Origin: a virus | Lineage: Duplodnaviria > Caudoviricetes | Direction: 5' to 3' (one strand) | Virus record (IMG/VR): IMGVR_UViG_3300031974_003279 | Coordinates: 1-58,025 of that record | DNA: 58,025 nt | Shown: in pieces, positions 36,411-46,531 of the stretch | How the letters are laid out: each line of letters begins with the position of its first letter | Numbering within the stretch: the first letter of the stretch is position 1 | The notes under the pieces: model-generated | Told to the model about the DNA's origin: nothing | Databases searched by the model: none | Seen by the model: only the letters and a program-made list of their open reading frames with translations | Made by a program: the position numbers and the translations under genes

Positions 36411-38994
36411 CTTCTTGTTTGTTTAGGTTGTTAATTAAAGTTTCGATAGATTGTCCATCGCGGACATCTGTTCTAGACGTAAAGAACTCTTTACGGTACG
36501 GGCCATTGATGTACTTATATGGCTTTAGCTTAAGCATGATCAGGTCAAGATCATTCTTATTAAAGTGCATCTTGCGATCGTTATTAAAGATAAGACTTCC
36601 TGCAAGAAGTTCAAGCTGTTTTAACTTGAATATCAGATCAATATCGTGCTTGATCGCAGACTCTTCTGCAAGCCATTCAGGATGATACTTCTTGATACAC
36701 TCGACAATTATTTCACGTTTATTACTAAGGGTCTCAAATGGCTTTGAGTATCCATACTTTTTTGCGAAATAATTTTGGAAGATGTCATCCAAAGACTTTG
36801 ATGACTTAGTAACGATCAAATCATCTATATACTCTACAGAAGTTTGATCATTTATCAGTTGTCGAACAGCTAATACTTCCTTGTAAATAGGATGCTCTAT
36901 TACATAGCTGTAATAGTAGTACGTCAAGTATGCATTCTTGAATCGTTCTACTAACCGACCATTTGTACCGATAAGGTCATCGTAAGTCATGAAGCCTTCG
37001 CCAGGTGCAGCCTTATAGTTTTTGGTATCAACTTGTATCATAACCAAGTTATAAAAACCTAAGCTTTGCAGCGTACCTTCAAAAGCCCAACTATTTATAG
37101 GAACGTCTGCTTTTCTGTAGAACATTGCTATAGCACCTGTCTCTTCGCAAGCTTCTCTGAGTTTCCTGCATGAGAACCTGGTTTTCTTAGAGTCATATGT
37201 ACTTCTTGAATTGAATACAGACTGGATACGACCACTCGGTATTACAGTATTTCTAGGCTTAACATGACCCTGAAACACACCTTCGAGGAATGTATCCTTA
37301 TCAAATTTTACATCGTTGAGGTCAGGGTATTTGATCCCATAGTCATGAGCCAACAATGATGCAATATTGTAAGACGTAAGGAAAGCTCTTTTACTGAGTT
37401 TTATAGCAGTAAGAATGATCTCTTTAGCGTCTTCACACTCGACATCAAAAGACTTTTGCCACACGTCCATAAAGATGTGCTCAGGCATTACCATAGTAGC
37501 ATGATACCTATGCAAAGGATCTTTCCGAAGAGTGCTCTTACGTATCTCATCATCTGTTGAGATTTCAAGAAACATCTTCTGACTTTCTCTAAAGCGAAAA
37601 GTAGTAGTTGTGTGATAAGAATACCTGTGTTCTTTGTATGATGCCAGATTTACTAAGGTATCATTGACAGGGAAAGTCTGATTTCCTGACTCAAGTATCT
37701 GTGATACCTGACCAGTGTCTTTACTGCTGTACTGAATAAAGATACCTTTGCGATATCGGAAAGCATCTATCAAAGCTTCAGCAAAGTAAAGGTATCTGGA
37801 CTGCAGGTCTCTCAGACTTGTAGACCAATCAGAGCCTTCTATGCCAACCTGATTTCTTACACCAAATCCTGAGAGTGATGACTCAAATGGTTCATGCTTT
37901 TCAGTAATGAAATCAAGATCACCGACATAATACTTTACAAAAGTCATATCATCTATCTTCATGTTACCATCGATCTTAGACTCCGGCAATGACTTAAGCA
38001 GATACCTTTCAAAGTCCATATCAGTTTGAAGCCTGTATGGCTTCTGATCGGTTTCTCCGACAACTTTGTGGAACTCTTTCATACACTCATCAATACGATC
38101 GCGAATGATCTTCTTAGTACTGATGTTGTACTTAACACTCTCGCGAGTCAAAGTCACAGGTAACTCTCCGATCTTGAACTTAGCAGCAAGACTGAAATTA
38201 CCATTGAATGCAATTGGAGCCATGTCGATAGCTTTCCAATCGATAGGATATCGCACCTCACCAATGACCAGCTCGAGATCTGATCTCTTTGTAATGGCGT
38301 CATCGTCACGACGAAAGATGAAGTTCTTACCCTCAACGATCTTAAAGTCATTAAGCCGACCAAGGTTCATGACCTGCGAGTTATCTACCACATACAGATG
38401 TGAGAAATACTTTAGCTGGTTGTGAATACCTTTCTCGAACAGCACCAAGTCGTCGATAGATGCAATGAACATCTTGACTGTGGTACCATTGCGCTCTGAT
38501 GTAGGCATCGGATCATCCAACGGGTCGAGTACAGGAAAGCCGTCGTCACCCTTGCGGATCATGTACTGATACTCTATACCATCGTACCGAGTGGTGAGAT
38601 AGTACTCATCGACATAAGACAGCGGTGACTTTGAACCGATACCGAAGTAACCGACCAGGTCATTGGTGTCTGTCTTAGTTGACTTGAGATACTTTGTGTA
38701 CACATTCTTGATACGGTCAGGGCTCATACCTATGCCGTTGTCAACAAAGCTTACAGAGTAGCCTTCTGAAGGAGTGTAGTCGAACATAACCATGATGGGT
38801 TCTTCGACACCAGCCTCCTTGTGAGCATCCCAACTATTGGTAGCTGTCTCGCGGATGATCGATTCGATCGGGTTTGAGTACGGTGACTGCAACAAGTCGA
38901 ACAACTTGTGCTGATCAGTCTGACTGATCTCCATACGTGTTGACTCATCATCACCGATCGTTACGATGTTGAGGTCTGTTTTTATCTCTTTCAT
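36400..38994 (-). CDS. rIIA: rIIA-like protein with GHKL/HATPase N-terminal domain
   Basis: YSNPIESIIRE..NSWDAH, DNGIGMS, STKT, GYFGIGSKSPLSY; likely start MKEIK at 38994 (ATGA overlap with upstream gene). Confidence 0.85.
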   Translation of the reverse strand: MKEIKTDLNIVTIGDDESTRMEISQTDQHKLFDLLQSPYSNPIESIIRETATNSWDAHKEAGVEEPIMVMFDYTPSEGYSVSFVDNGIGMSPDRIKNVYTKYLKSTKTDTNDLVGYFGIGSKSPLSYVDEYYLTTRYDGIEYQYMIRKGDDGFPVLDPLDDPMPTSERNGTTVKMFIASIDDLVLFEKGIHNQLKYFSHLYVVDNSQVMNLGRLNDFKIVEGKNFIFRRDDDAITKRSDLELVIGEVRYPIDWKAIDMAPIAFNGNFSLAAKFKIGELPVTLTRESVKYNISTKKIIRDRIDECMKEFHKVVGETDQKPYRLQTDMDFERYLLKSLPESKIDGNMKIDDMTFVKYYVGDLDFITEKHEPFESSLSGFGVRNQVGIEGSDWSTSLRDLQSRYLYFAEALIDAFRYRKGIFIQYSSKDTGQVSQILESGNQTFPVNDTLVNLASYKEHRYSYHTTTTFRFRESQKMFLEISTDDEIRKSTLRKDPLHRYHATMVMPEHIFMDVWQKSFDVECEDAKEIILTAIKLSKRAFLTSYNIASLLAHDYGIKYPDLNDVKFDKDTFLEGVFQGHVKPRNTVIPSGRIQSVFNSRSTYDSKKTRFSCRKLREACEETGAIAMFYRKADVPINSWAFEGTLQSLGFYNLVMIQVDTKNYKAAPGEGFMTYDDLIGTNGRLVERFKNAYLTYYYYSYVIEHPIYKEVLAVRQLINDQTSVEYIDDLIVTKSSKSLDDIFQNYFAKKYGYSKPFETLSNKREIIVECIKKYHPEWLAEESAIKHDIDLIFKLKQLELLAGSLIFNNDRKMHFNKNDLDLIMLKLKPYKYINGPYRKEFFTSRTDVRDGQSIETLINNLNKQEDVD

Positions 38995-39464
38995 TCTAAG
39001 ACAATTAAGGATTTGATTTGGCCTTTGAAAGTCATTGGTACGACTTGCATAGTGCATGCATCATCGACGCTATCAGAAGCACTGATCAATACCTCTGACA
39101 TTATTTGATGACTGATTGCTCGCGTCTTATAGATACGAGATCGAAAGTCACTTTTGATCATAGCATCAGTTGCATTGTAGATAAGCAGTGCTTTACTAAA
39201 TGATCGACGAGCTTCGATCAGACTTTCGTCTTCATCATTTACGTATTTGTTTGTTAGTGTACCAGTAAATGAATTTGACAGCAGTGTTGGTATCAACTGC
39301 AGACTGAAAGAAATGAAGGCTTTGTCTTCTTTACCAAGCTCCAGAAAGTCATATGCTTTCTGACTCAATTTGATTTTATCACCGTTTACTGACAGTGAAT
39401 AATCGCCGGCATCATTCTCGGGCTTGGTTGCCGAGGTCTTGCCGACTCCGTAGGATAACTCCAT
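38991..39464 (-). CDS. Hypothetical protein
   Basis: 157-aa ORF; N-terminus (MELSYGVGKT) loosely resembles that of 41273..41833 (MELNFGAKT). Confidence 0.55.
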   Translation of the reverse strand: MELSYGVGKTSATKPENDAGDYSLSVNGDKIKLSQKAYDFLELGKEDKAFISFSLQLIPTLLSNSFTGTLTNKYVNDEDESLIEARRSFSKALLIYNATDAMIKSDFRSRIYKTRAISHQIMSEVLISASDSVDDACTMQVVPMTFKGQIKSLIVLE

Positions 39465-40443
39465 GTGCGTTTAAGGATTTAATTAAGGTTCTGGTTTCGC
39501 CATACCAACAGAATGAAGACGGATCCTTGATCCTGTCATCGTCCATCCTTGGCAGTATGATTTGTTTGTAGCCTCGTTGGCTTGATAGTTCTGCAGACGC
39601 CTCAACACCGCTGGTGTCTGTGTCGAACAGAATAAAGATCTCGTCAAATCGTTTCTCGAAGTCATCTAGTTTACTGGCCGGGAACGGTGCGGTCTCGCTG
39701 TTAGGTGCGACACCTGGTATACCGGTCCAGCTTTCTACACAGAGACTGTCTTTGAGACTTGACTGGAGTATGAGTTGACCACCTTTCTCAGGCAATCGGG
39801 ATTCGTTCTGCAACCAATCGTTATTGGTTGAGCTACGCCATTTGTATTTCTTACTTGCAAATGGTTGGTAGAATTTGACATGAGGCCCATGGGTGTGCCA
39901 TATGTATGCAAACTTGTGCGTTGGAAACGCTTTACCTGCTACATACAGTTTACCGGCTGATTGAATACCAGCCTCTGACACAAGTCCAAGGTTACAACCA
40001 GATCTTAGCCAGTACCAACTGTCTTCATTTGTCCAGCCACGTAGTGTGTACTGCAAATGAATCTGTAGTGACGGCTCAGCTACAGGTTTCTCTCTCTCCA
40101 TCATAACGATGTGAGATTTATTATCTGTAACGTTCTGTGAACCAGCACCAAGGTTCAGGCAAAAATCTCTGTTGATTCTCGCAAGTGCGTTTGGGAAATT
40201 CTCGTTGTGCAAGTACATCACGAGATCGAAACAGTCACCGGATACAGATCGACTACCATAGTCTTTGAAATAGATACTACCATCCTGCCGGACAATGGTC
40301 CAGAACGATGGGTTCTTCTCGCCAAAGGGCGATATTATGGTTACGTTAGGTCGAAAGTCTGTTACATAGCGACGGAATATCTCGAGCGGACTAATGCGTT
40401 TGAGAATGTTTTCTTTGCTTAACTCGTAGTAGGTTCCATACAT
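39412..40443 (-). CDS. DNA primase (Toprim), crAss-like
   Basis: SPF.EKNPSF, FKDYG, GDCFD N-terminal domain; SSLKD, PNSE, FDTDTSG Toprim motifs. Confidence 0.85.
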   Translation of the reverse strand: MYGTYYELSKENILKRISPLEIFRRYVTDFRPNVTIISPFGEKNPSFWTIVRQDGSIYFKDYGSRSVSGDCFDLVMYLHNENFPNALARINRDFCLNLGAGSQNVTDNKSHIVMMEREKPVAEPSLQIHLQYTLRGWTNEDSWYWLRSGCNLGLVSEAGIQSAGKLYVAGKAFPTHKFAYIWHTHGPHVKFYQPFASKKYKWRSSTNNDWLQNESRLPEKGGQLILQSSLKDSLCVESWTGIPGVAPNSETAPFPASKLDDFEKRFDEIFILFDTDTSGVEASAELSSQRGYKQIILPRMDDDRIKDPSSFCWYGETRTLIKSLNAHGVILRSRQDLGNQARE

Positions 40444-40458
40444 GATAATAGATTAGAC

Positions 40459-40484
40459 AAAAAAGCCCCGAATTAACGGGGCTT
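40459..40484 (-). terminator. Intrinsic terminator-like hairpin + U-tract
   Basis: AAAAAA-GCCCCG-AATTAA-CGGGGC-TT. Confidence 0.8.
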
Positions 40485-40503
40485 AGTTAAACCGACTGCT
40501 TTG

Positions 40504-41259
40504 TTAAGCAGTTGGCGGGGTTGGGGGTGCCGGTGCAGAGGGCACTGCAGGCGGCGGTGGAGCGGCTGATGCTCCGGGTGCAGCAGGTGCGGGCGGCGCA
40601 GGGGCAGGCCCGCTAGAACCAGCTGCGGTATTGCTTTGGCCGACATTTGCAACCATTCGCAATTTGTTTTCATCCAACCGACTTGCCTCACGAGCAATGG
40701 TCATTGGTTCGATGAACAATCCATACCGAGGGATCTCCGTATAAGGACCCTCAGTCTTGTAAGTCAACGCAACACGAACAGGTACGTCCTTGTGGTCTGC
40801 CAATTTCTTGACAACCGCTTGAGCGTACTCAGCGTAGCTATTTACACCGGTAATGTAGGTCTCCTGCTCTGGAAGGAAAGCACCCATAACGTGCTTGATC
40901 CGAGAGTTGAACTCATTAAAGGCATTCTGTACAGCTACATCGGGAGGCATGACCTCGCCTTTGTTGACAGTGACTGCTTTACCGTCAGCCATAGTCACGG
41001 TGCGCTTGTACCGCAGTGGTGCGGTGTTGCGCATCTTGACTTGCTCAGGGTTCACAGGCCAGAGAACCTCACGATTCTCACTGCTCACTGTGGCATTGCC
41101 AGCTTGCACAGTCTTACGAATATACAGCATTAGCAAGGAATCTTTGTCCTCGCTAAGCTTTTCGAAAACTGCTTCAACTGTGCAGTTGTCATGTACACCG
41201 GCTTTGAACTGCTCAGTGGATTTACCCGCGTCTTGGGTATTCTGGTTTATACCATACAT
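40504..41259 (-). CDS. Putative ssDNA-binding protein with Pro/Ala-rich tail
   Basis: Position between AAA ATPase and primase; globular N-domain plus low-complexity PAPPAPAAP tail. Confidence 0.45.
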   Translation of the reverse strand: MYGINQNTQDAGKSTEQFKAGVHDNCTVEAVFEKLSEDKDSLLMLYIRKTVQAGNATVSSENREVLWPVNPEQVKMRNTAPLRYKRTVTMADGKAVTVNKGEVMPPDVAVQNAFNEFNSRIKHVMGAFLPEQETYITGVNSYAEYAQAVVKKLADHKDVPVRVALTYKTEGPYTEIPRYGLFIEPMTIAREASRLDENKLRMVANVGQSNTAAGSSGPAPAPPAPAAPGASAAPPPPAVPSAPAPPTPPTA

Positions 41260-41272
41260 AGATCAGATAGAT

Positions 41273-41833
41273 TTAGGGATTGATTACTGTTTCTGGCTCA
41301 GGCTCAGGCAAGATAGGCAGATCGTCTACCTCTTTCTCAGCATAAGGATCACTGCTCATAACAGGTGCATCCTCTGCTTCACGCATAACGCCTGATAGCT
41401 GCAGTACTCCGTCGAATGGAGTCTGGATGTCTGTTGAAGACAGCTCGATCTCTACAGCTTCTGTGAACTCTCCGAGGTTGAAGAAGTCTACAAGCAGCTC
41501 GTAGAACATCTTGTTGGAGATAACACCATTCTTCTTGAACTGAATAGTAGCTTTCTCATCAACTACGTCCAGTTTACCTGTGCAGTTAGCAAGGAAGATA
41601 GCTTTGATCTGACCATCTTCTTCACCACGGATAGGAAGAACGTACTCTACAACGTCCTTTGCATCCTTGGCTTTGAGACCAAGAAGCTCTTGACATTTTT
41701 TGTTCAGCTCGATACGAGCGCCTGAACGCTTTCCTTCACGTGCGTGCATTGTCATAACAGGGGTGTCCGGATACTTATCCGACTTACGCTTTACACCATA
41801 GCCACCTGTTTTGGCTCCGAAATTAAGCTCCAT
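41273..41833 (-). CDS. Hypothetical protein with acidic C-terminus
   Basis: 186-aa ORF with A-rich leader. Confidence 0.6.
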   Translation of the reverse strand: MELNFGAKTGGYGVKRKSDKYPDTPVMTMHAREGKRSGARIELNKKCQELLGLKAKDAKDVVEYVLPIRGEEDGQIKAIFLANCTGKLDVVDEKATIQFKKNGVISNKMFYELLVDFFNLGEFTEAVEIELSSTDIQTPFDGVLQLSGVMREAEDAPVMSSDPYAEKEVDDLPILPEPEPETVINP

Positions 41834-41901
41834 AGCTTATTTAGTTGTTTAATGCCGCCCTAGCGGAAGGACGGCGAAGTTAAGAAAATACAGATATCCG
41901 C

Positions 41902-42624
41902 TTATCCGTTGAGTTCGAAGTCGTTGATCGATTCTAACAACGCTTTCATGTCGTTAGGTACAGTCTCGATGTCCTCGTCGAATACACCGGGAGGCATCTT
42001 GGCTGGAGAGTAACCGTCATTGCAGATACGAAACTTGAAGCGATCTGACTTAGCTGTCTCTGCTTTCGTAGATACCTCTGTGTATACTACGTAGCTGAAG
42101 TAAGACGGCAAGTCAACCTTCTCGTCAAGCATTCTGCCTGCGGTTATACGAATCTTACGCTGAGGTCCGACGTTGGTCTCGACAGTGTCATCGTGGAATA
42201 CGTAGATAAGCCATAGGTCGTCACGCATGTACGGAGTCTTACCAAACAATGATTGGTAGACGTCTGCTGCGAACTGCTCGAAACGCGAGTAGGCTTGCTT
42301 ACCGTTTGCTTTACCACGAAAATCACCTGACATCAGGTAGTTCGTCATGTAGTGTGAGTAATCTTCGATGATCACATACTTGATATGCGACCAGTCATTT
42401 GCTGCACCAAGCCAGGTAGGCAGAGTACCAAGATCTGGTACCATCCAAAAGTTACCGTTGGGGTTAGTGCTTTGATCGAACTTGGTATAGTTCTTCTTAG
42501 CTCCACCGAAAGACAAGTTCATCTTGTACGGTGAAATGATCACAGTCTCCTCAGGAGGTAGATTTCTGAAGGAGTAGGTTTTGCCGGAGCCAGATGCCCC
42601 GACCAAAGCAATTGAGTTTGCCAT
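41902..42624 (-). CDS. AAA/P-loop ATPase (Sak4/AAA_24-like)
   Basis: GASGSGKT Walker A, IIED Walker B, AKMPPGVF; likely start MANSIAL at 42624. Confidence 0.8.
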   Translation of the reverse strand: MANSIALVGASGSGKTYSFRNLPPEETVIISPYKMNLSFGGAKKNYTKFDQSTNPNGNFWMVPDLGTLPTWLGAANDWSHIKYVIIEDYSHYMTNYLMSGDFRGKANGKQAYSRFEQFAADVYQSLFGKTPYMRDDLWLIYVFHDDTVETNVGPQRKIRITAGRMLDEKVDLPSYFSYVVYTEVSTKAETAKSDRFKFRICNDGYSPAKMPPGVFDEDIETVPNDMKALLESINDFELNG

Positions 42625-42634
42625 AGATGTTGAT

Positions 42635-43774
42635 TTAGATTTCGATGGGTAATGACTTGGCAATCTGATACCAAGCGTCTTGGTTGACATCCTTTGACAG
42701 ATGCCAAAAACATTCTGTAGTACCGTCGTAGAACAGACCTGTTGTAATGTTCGACACACCGTAGCGAGACTTAAGAATACTCAACTCTCTGAACCGAGGG
42801 TTGATCTTCTTCATGTCCCAGCCGAGGCAGAAGTCTTCTTTAGCACGAGCCGGATCGAACAAGCCAAGGATGTAGTCGACGTCACGACCAACGGCTTTGT
42901 TGTCACCGAGACCAGATAGTGTAGGACGCATGAAGTTATCTTTTGCTTCCTGACTGGAACTCTGCTGTTGTACTGAGAATAAGCTTGGGCCAAACATGTT
43001 ACGGATCGTCAACAGATGTATTGACAATTGCTCCATAGCTTCACGCTTGTCCTTGTGCTTACCTTGGGATATCAATGCTTTGTGGTCAAGGATACCGATC
43101 ACATAGCCATCTTTCCATTCGTCAGTAAACTCGTAGTAGTCAAAGACTTGTTTCTCAGTAACGACAAACTCGCCTTTAGACTCGTCAAAGTCTTGACTTT
43201 CCACGGTCTTGTATACATTCTTACCGATCTCAGGATTCTGGTAGAAATCGTACAAGGTCTTGTATACACCGTAAGGAGAAACCTTGCTGGTCAATATCTC
43301 TACATGCTTGTAGAACCAATCAAAGTATTCCTCGAATGACTTAAGCAACTCCAGCTGTGTGCTGTTGATACGCTTACTCTCAAAGATGCTGAGCATTGTT
43401 TTCATACCGATACGAGGCGCAGTGAATCCAACAGATGGATCGTAGCCACCAGACGATACGAATAGATGGTGTGCAAGTATCTGCAAAGCTTTTACCTCTG
43501 CAGCCATCTCCAAAGACCAATAGAATATCTTCAGCTTTGGAGGTTTTTCGTCGTTGCGTTTGCTGTAAGCCCACTCGATGGCGTTGTGTAGCACAAGCCA
43601 GTCAGTGAACTGAGACTTACCGACACCAGAGTTAGCAGTCACAATAGTGTATGTCTGTCGCTCGATACCGGGTAGGTAGAACTGCATGTCGCCATTGAAC
43701 TGGAACGGTATGCAGTTGTGTTCTTTGGTGAGGTTGTCCTCAACACGTCGTATGGCACGTTGATATGGATTCAT
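42635..43774 (-). CDS. DnaB-like replicative helicase
   Basis: ANSGVGKS, WSLEM, ILDH, VQQQ, LKSRYG motifs. Confidence 0.85.
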   Translation of the reverse strand: MNPYQRAIRRVEDNLTKEHNCIPFQFNGDMQFYLPGIERQTYTIVTANSGVGKSQFTDWLVLHNAIEWAYSKRNDEKPPKLKIFYWSLEMAAEVKALQILAHHLFVSSGGYDPSVGFTAPRIGMKTMLSIFESKRINSTQLELLKSFEEYFDWFYKHVEILTSKVSPYGVYKTLYDFYQNPEIGKNVYKTVESQDFDESKGEFVVTEKQVFDYYEFTDEWKDGYVIGILDHKALISQGKHKDKREAMEQLSIHLLTIRNMFGPSLFSVQQQSSSQEAKDNFMRPTLSGLGDNKAVGRDVDYILGLFDPARAKEDFCLGWDMKKINPRFRELSILKSRYGVSNITTGLFYDGTTECFWHLSKDVNQDAWYQIAKSLPIEI

Positions 43775-44319
43775 TACACTTGAGTTTCAAAGTCGTTACG
43801 CCTTGAACTATCGCCATTGCGGAACTCTTGTTGAACTGTGTAGACCCAACCTACAAGCATGCTGTCGTAGTCAGTACTGATACCGTCTGTCTCACGAATG
43901 AAACGCGATAGCCGCTTGATGTAACGACTATCACTAACAGAGTCCAAATACTTACGACTGGCTTCCAGTATTGTGTCACCATTTACCTCAGGGTTCTCTC
44001 TAACATACCATTCGAGAAGATTCTTGACGTGTGCTTCCGGTGACATCTTACCTGGATACTTTGCCCACATACCTACCATTACCTGAGCAATGGTTTGAAT
44101 GTCGTCGTATGCAGGAGACAATGTCGATAGACCTTTAGATGTAATATCCAAGTTATCGTCAATGTAATCTTCATCAACAAGTGTGTTGATCTTGAGAGCT
44201 TTTGCGTTTATCATACCGAGGTACTCCTCACCACCTTGCGCAATCAATGCAAGGGCTAAGAATTCATCGGCTGATAGGTTTGACTCGATGAGTTGATTTA
44301 CATCTATCCTTATAATCAT
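43774..44319 (-). CDS. Putative replication initiator/helicase-loader-like protein
   Basis: wHTH-like N-terminus, WAKYP and YIKRLSRFI motifs, directly upstream of the helicase. Confidence 0.45.
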   Translation of the reverse strand: MIIRIDVNQLIESNLSADEFLALALIAQGGEEYLGMINAKALKINTLVDEDYIDDNLDITSKGLSTLSPAYDDIQTIAQVMVGMWAKYPGKMSPEAHVKNLLEWYVRENPEVNGDTILEASRKYLDSVSDSRYIKRLSRFIRETDGISTDYDSMLVGWVYTVQQEFRNGDSSRRNDFETQV

Positions 44320-44337
44320 AGGGTTTAAGGTTGCGGT

Positions 44338-44631
44338 TTATTGTAACACATCTAAGACTGCGATCACACGTCGGATCTCGTAATAGATGCCTGTTTGTTC
44401 TTGACTACGAGTTCGGTTTATCAAACTCTCTGTGTTAAAGTCCTTAATAAACTCCTGGATTTGCTTTGGATCTGTCCAAGTGGCTTTGATCCACTTGGCT
44501 TTCAACGTTGCCACCTGTACGTCATCTTCATCGTCTAAGATTTTGATTGCTCCGATGAGTGAGGATAGGTAAGAGCGCCAATATGTACGCCGCTCCTCCA
44601 AGGAGTAGTATTTATAAGGCCTAATGTCCAT
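44338..44631 (-). CDS. Hypothetical protein
   Basis: 97-aa ORF with typical leader. Confidence 0.6.
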   Translation of the reverse strand: MDIRPYKYYSLEERRTYWRSYLSSLIGAIKILDDEDDVQVATLKAKWIKATWTDPKQIQEFIKDFNTESLINRTRSQEQTGIYYEIRRVIAVLDVLQ

Positions 44632-44652
44632 AGTGTTAGATAGTTAAGATAC

Positions 44653-44677
44653 AAAAAATACCCCAATTAAGGGGTAT
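44653..44677 (-). terminator. Intrinsic terminator-like hairpin + U-tract (helicase stop codon lies in the loop)
   Basis: AAAAAA-TACCCC-AATTAA-GGGGTA. Confidence 0.75.
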
Positions 44678-45917
44678 CTCTGTTCATTAAATTGTCGACC
44701 GATCCTTGCGGTAAGGCCTCAATATTTTTCTTCAAGTAGACTGCGTCTGCTGAATTCGGGAGCACAATGATAAAGATCTCTGGGAAATCAGAACGCATGC
44801 CACGACCCATCTTTTGAATCATAGTGAGCGATTCTTTGTCAAGCTGTGCGATAATCACGTAGTCAATACCTACCAGGTTCATGCCCTCGACGAGCATCTT
44901 GTTGACATACAGTGTATCGATCTCACGTTCTTGGAACTGCTCAATACGTTCGTTTCTTTCCTTGGTCTTGATCTTTGAGTGCACTGCAGCTTTGCCACCG
45001 ATGCGGTCAGCTTGTGCTACAGAACTGCAGAAGACTATCCCGCGTTTGCCGGACATCTTGTTGACCAGTGACTTGATCTCGTAGTCCTTGGAATCACCAA
45101 TGAACTGTTTGCGTGCACCACCGGCTCTCTGCCATTTGACAAGCGCCCACTTTTGTTTCTGAGCATAGTAGATCTGTTCGTTGTAATCTACTTGTTGCTG
45201 CAGGTGAGTAAGCTTCTCGAATGGAGTAGCCTTGACGGCAAGCTTGATGACCTTCACACCTTTCAGGTATGCAAAGTGTTGACCATAGTTACAGACCACG
45301 GTCTCCATGTTTTCAAGCTTTTGCTTAGGGCCCTTGGTGATTTCAATGATTTCACTGCGTGTGTAGTTGTCAAGGTCAGAGTTGACGATCCAGATCTTTG
45401 GCTCTGGTAACACAGAGTCATTGATGGCTTTTGCAATGTCATACTTGATGCGCATTGGTCGATACCGAGTGAGAATCTTACTGTATCTCTTGGGTGGCAT
45501 GGTCGCAGTCAGCAAGACAGCACGATGGATGTACTTGTCAACGTCAGGCCAGATGGTAGGCATCAGCATGTGGTGAGCTTCGTCGAATATCATCAGGTAC
45601 TTTGACTCAGCATCTTGGTTACCTAGATGTTTCATCAGAGAAGCGTACGTTACAAGCGTGATCTTATCGATCATACCCGAGTCGTCCCACTTTTCAAACT
45701 CGTCCAACCAGTTTTGTTTGTGCGCTACCTCCCAGTATACCAGTATGACTGGTAACTTATCTGTACCGAAGGCCTTGAGACAATCAATAGCTTGCTTGGA
45801 TTTACCTACACCGGTAGCGTATTCAAACAGAGTGTATTTTTCTTCACCCTGAATGAACTTGTCAACGCCTTTGGAATGTAAATCTTTGAGCCTTTCTACA
45901 TTCTTAACGAAACTCAT
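44667..45917 (-). CDS. Superfamily 2 (DExH) helicase
   Basis: ATGVGKS, FDEAH, LTAT, EGMNL, QKMGRGMR. Confidence 0.9.
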   Translation of the reverse strand: MSFVKNVERLKDLHSKGVDKFIQGEEKYTLFEYATGVGKSKQAIDCLKAFGTDKLPVILVYWEVAHKQNWLDEFEKWDDSGMIDKITLVTYASLMKHLGNQDAESKYLMIFDEAHHMLMPTIWPDVDKYIHRAVLLTATMPPKRYSKILTRYRPMRIKYDIAKAINDSVLPEPKIWIVNSDLDNYTRSEIIEITKGPKQKLENMETVVCNYGQHFAYLKGVKVIKLAVKATPFEKLTHLQQQVDYNEQIYYAQKQKWALVKWQRAGGARKQFIGDSKDYEIKSLVNKMSGKRGIVFCSSVAQADRIGGKAAVHSKIKTKERNERIEQFQEREIDTLYVNKMLVEGMNLVGIDYVIIAQLDKESLTMIQKMGRGMRSDFPEIFIIVLPNSADAVYLKKNIEALPQGSVDNLMNRDTP

Positions 45918-46069
45918 TTGTCTTTGAGCTCCTTAAGAAGTTTCTCCATACCCTCGATCTGGGTCTTCTGGTTCTTGATGACCTCGTCGATTCGTAACAT
46001 CCATGATCCGAATAGTCTTCCAATCATGAGAGCTACACCTAAGATAAAGGCATATATAGCTAGTTCCAT
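45914..46069 (-). CDS. Small membrane protein (51 aa; below the ORF-track cutoff)
   Basis: MELAIYAFILGVALMIGRLFGSWMLRIDEVIKNQKTQIEGMEKLLKELKDK; TM helix + coiled coil; ATGA overlap with the helicase. Confidence 0.7.
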   Translation of the reverse strand: MELAIYAFILGVALMIGRLFGSWMLRIDEVIKNQKTQIEGMEKLLKELKDK

Positions 46070-46089
46070 AGTTAAAGTGTTTATGATTC

Positions 46090-46114
46090 AAAAAAAGAAC
46101 CCCGAAGGGTTCTT
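46090..46114 (-). terminator. Intrinsic terminator-like hairpin + U-tract
   Basis: AAAAAAA-GAACCC-CGAA-GGGTTC-TT (UUCG loop on - strand). Confidence 0.8.
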
Positions 46115-46355
46115 ATACTATCGACTGATGATAGTTGCAGTATACCCGATCATCGTCATCGAGATCTATGGGTAAAGGTTTTCGAGGTCTGTCTTCACTA
46201 CAGCACTCCCATGCAGCAGAGTCAAACAAACGGCAGGTACCACAACCTCTGGTATTGGGGTTGTAAGCACATACACTTTCATGAGCTTCGATTTCTTTGC
46301 GTCGTTCACTGAAGACTTGCTCGCAGTGTTCGCAGATCATTACAATCTTACTCAT
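46113..46355 (-). CDS. Cys-rich small protein, putative zinc finger
   Basis: CEHC..HESVC, CGTC, CC, YCNYH. Confidence 0.65.
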   Translation of the reverse strand: MSKIVMICEHCEQVFSERRKEIEAHESVCAYNPNTRGCGTCRLFDSAAWECCSEDRPRKPLPIDLDDDDRVYCNYHQSIV

Positions 46356-46531
46356 GTGTGAGACATCTTAACAACCTTGTACGTGCAGTTGTGGTTAGAG
46401 TTTGCTGTAAATATATCAGCCATCTTTTGAGCAGCAGCTTCTGTATCATACTCCATAGGTATACCTTCGGAGTCGTTCACCAGGACAGTGCATTGCGCCA
46501 TCGGGTTGAACTTTAGAATAACGAACCGCAT
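46352..46531 (-). CDS. Hypothetical protein
   Basis: Likely start MRFVIL (TGATG overlap); ATGA overlap downstream. Confidence 0.55.
   Translation of the reverse strand: MRFVILKFNPMAQCTVLVNDSEGIPMEYDTEAAAQKMADIFTANSNHNCTYKVVKMSHT

Noticed and set aside
40504-40620. GC-rich stretch as foreign DNA or repeat element
   Set aside because: Explained by the Pro/Ala-rich protein tail.
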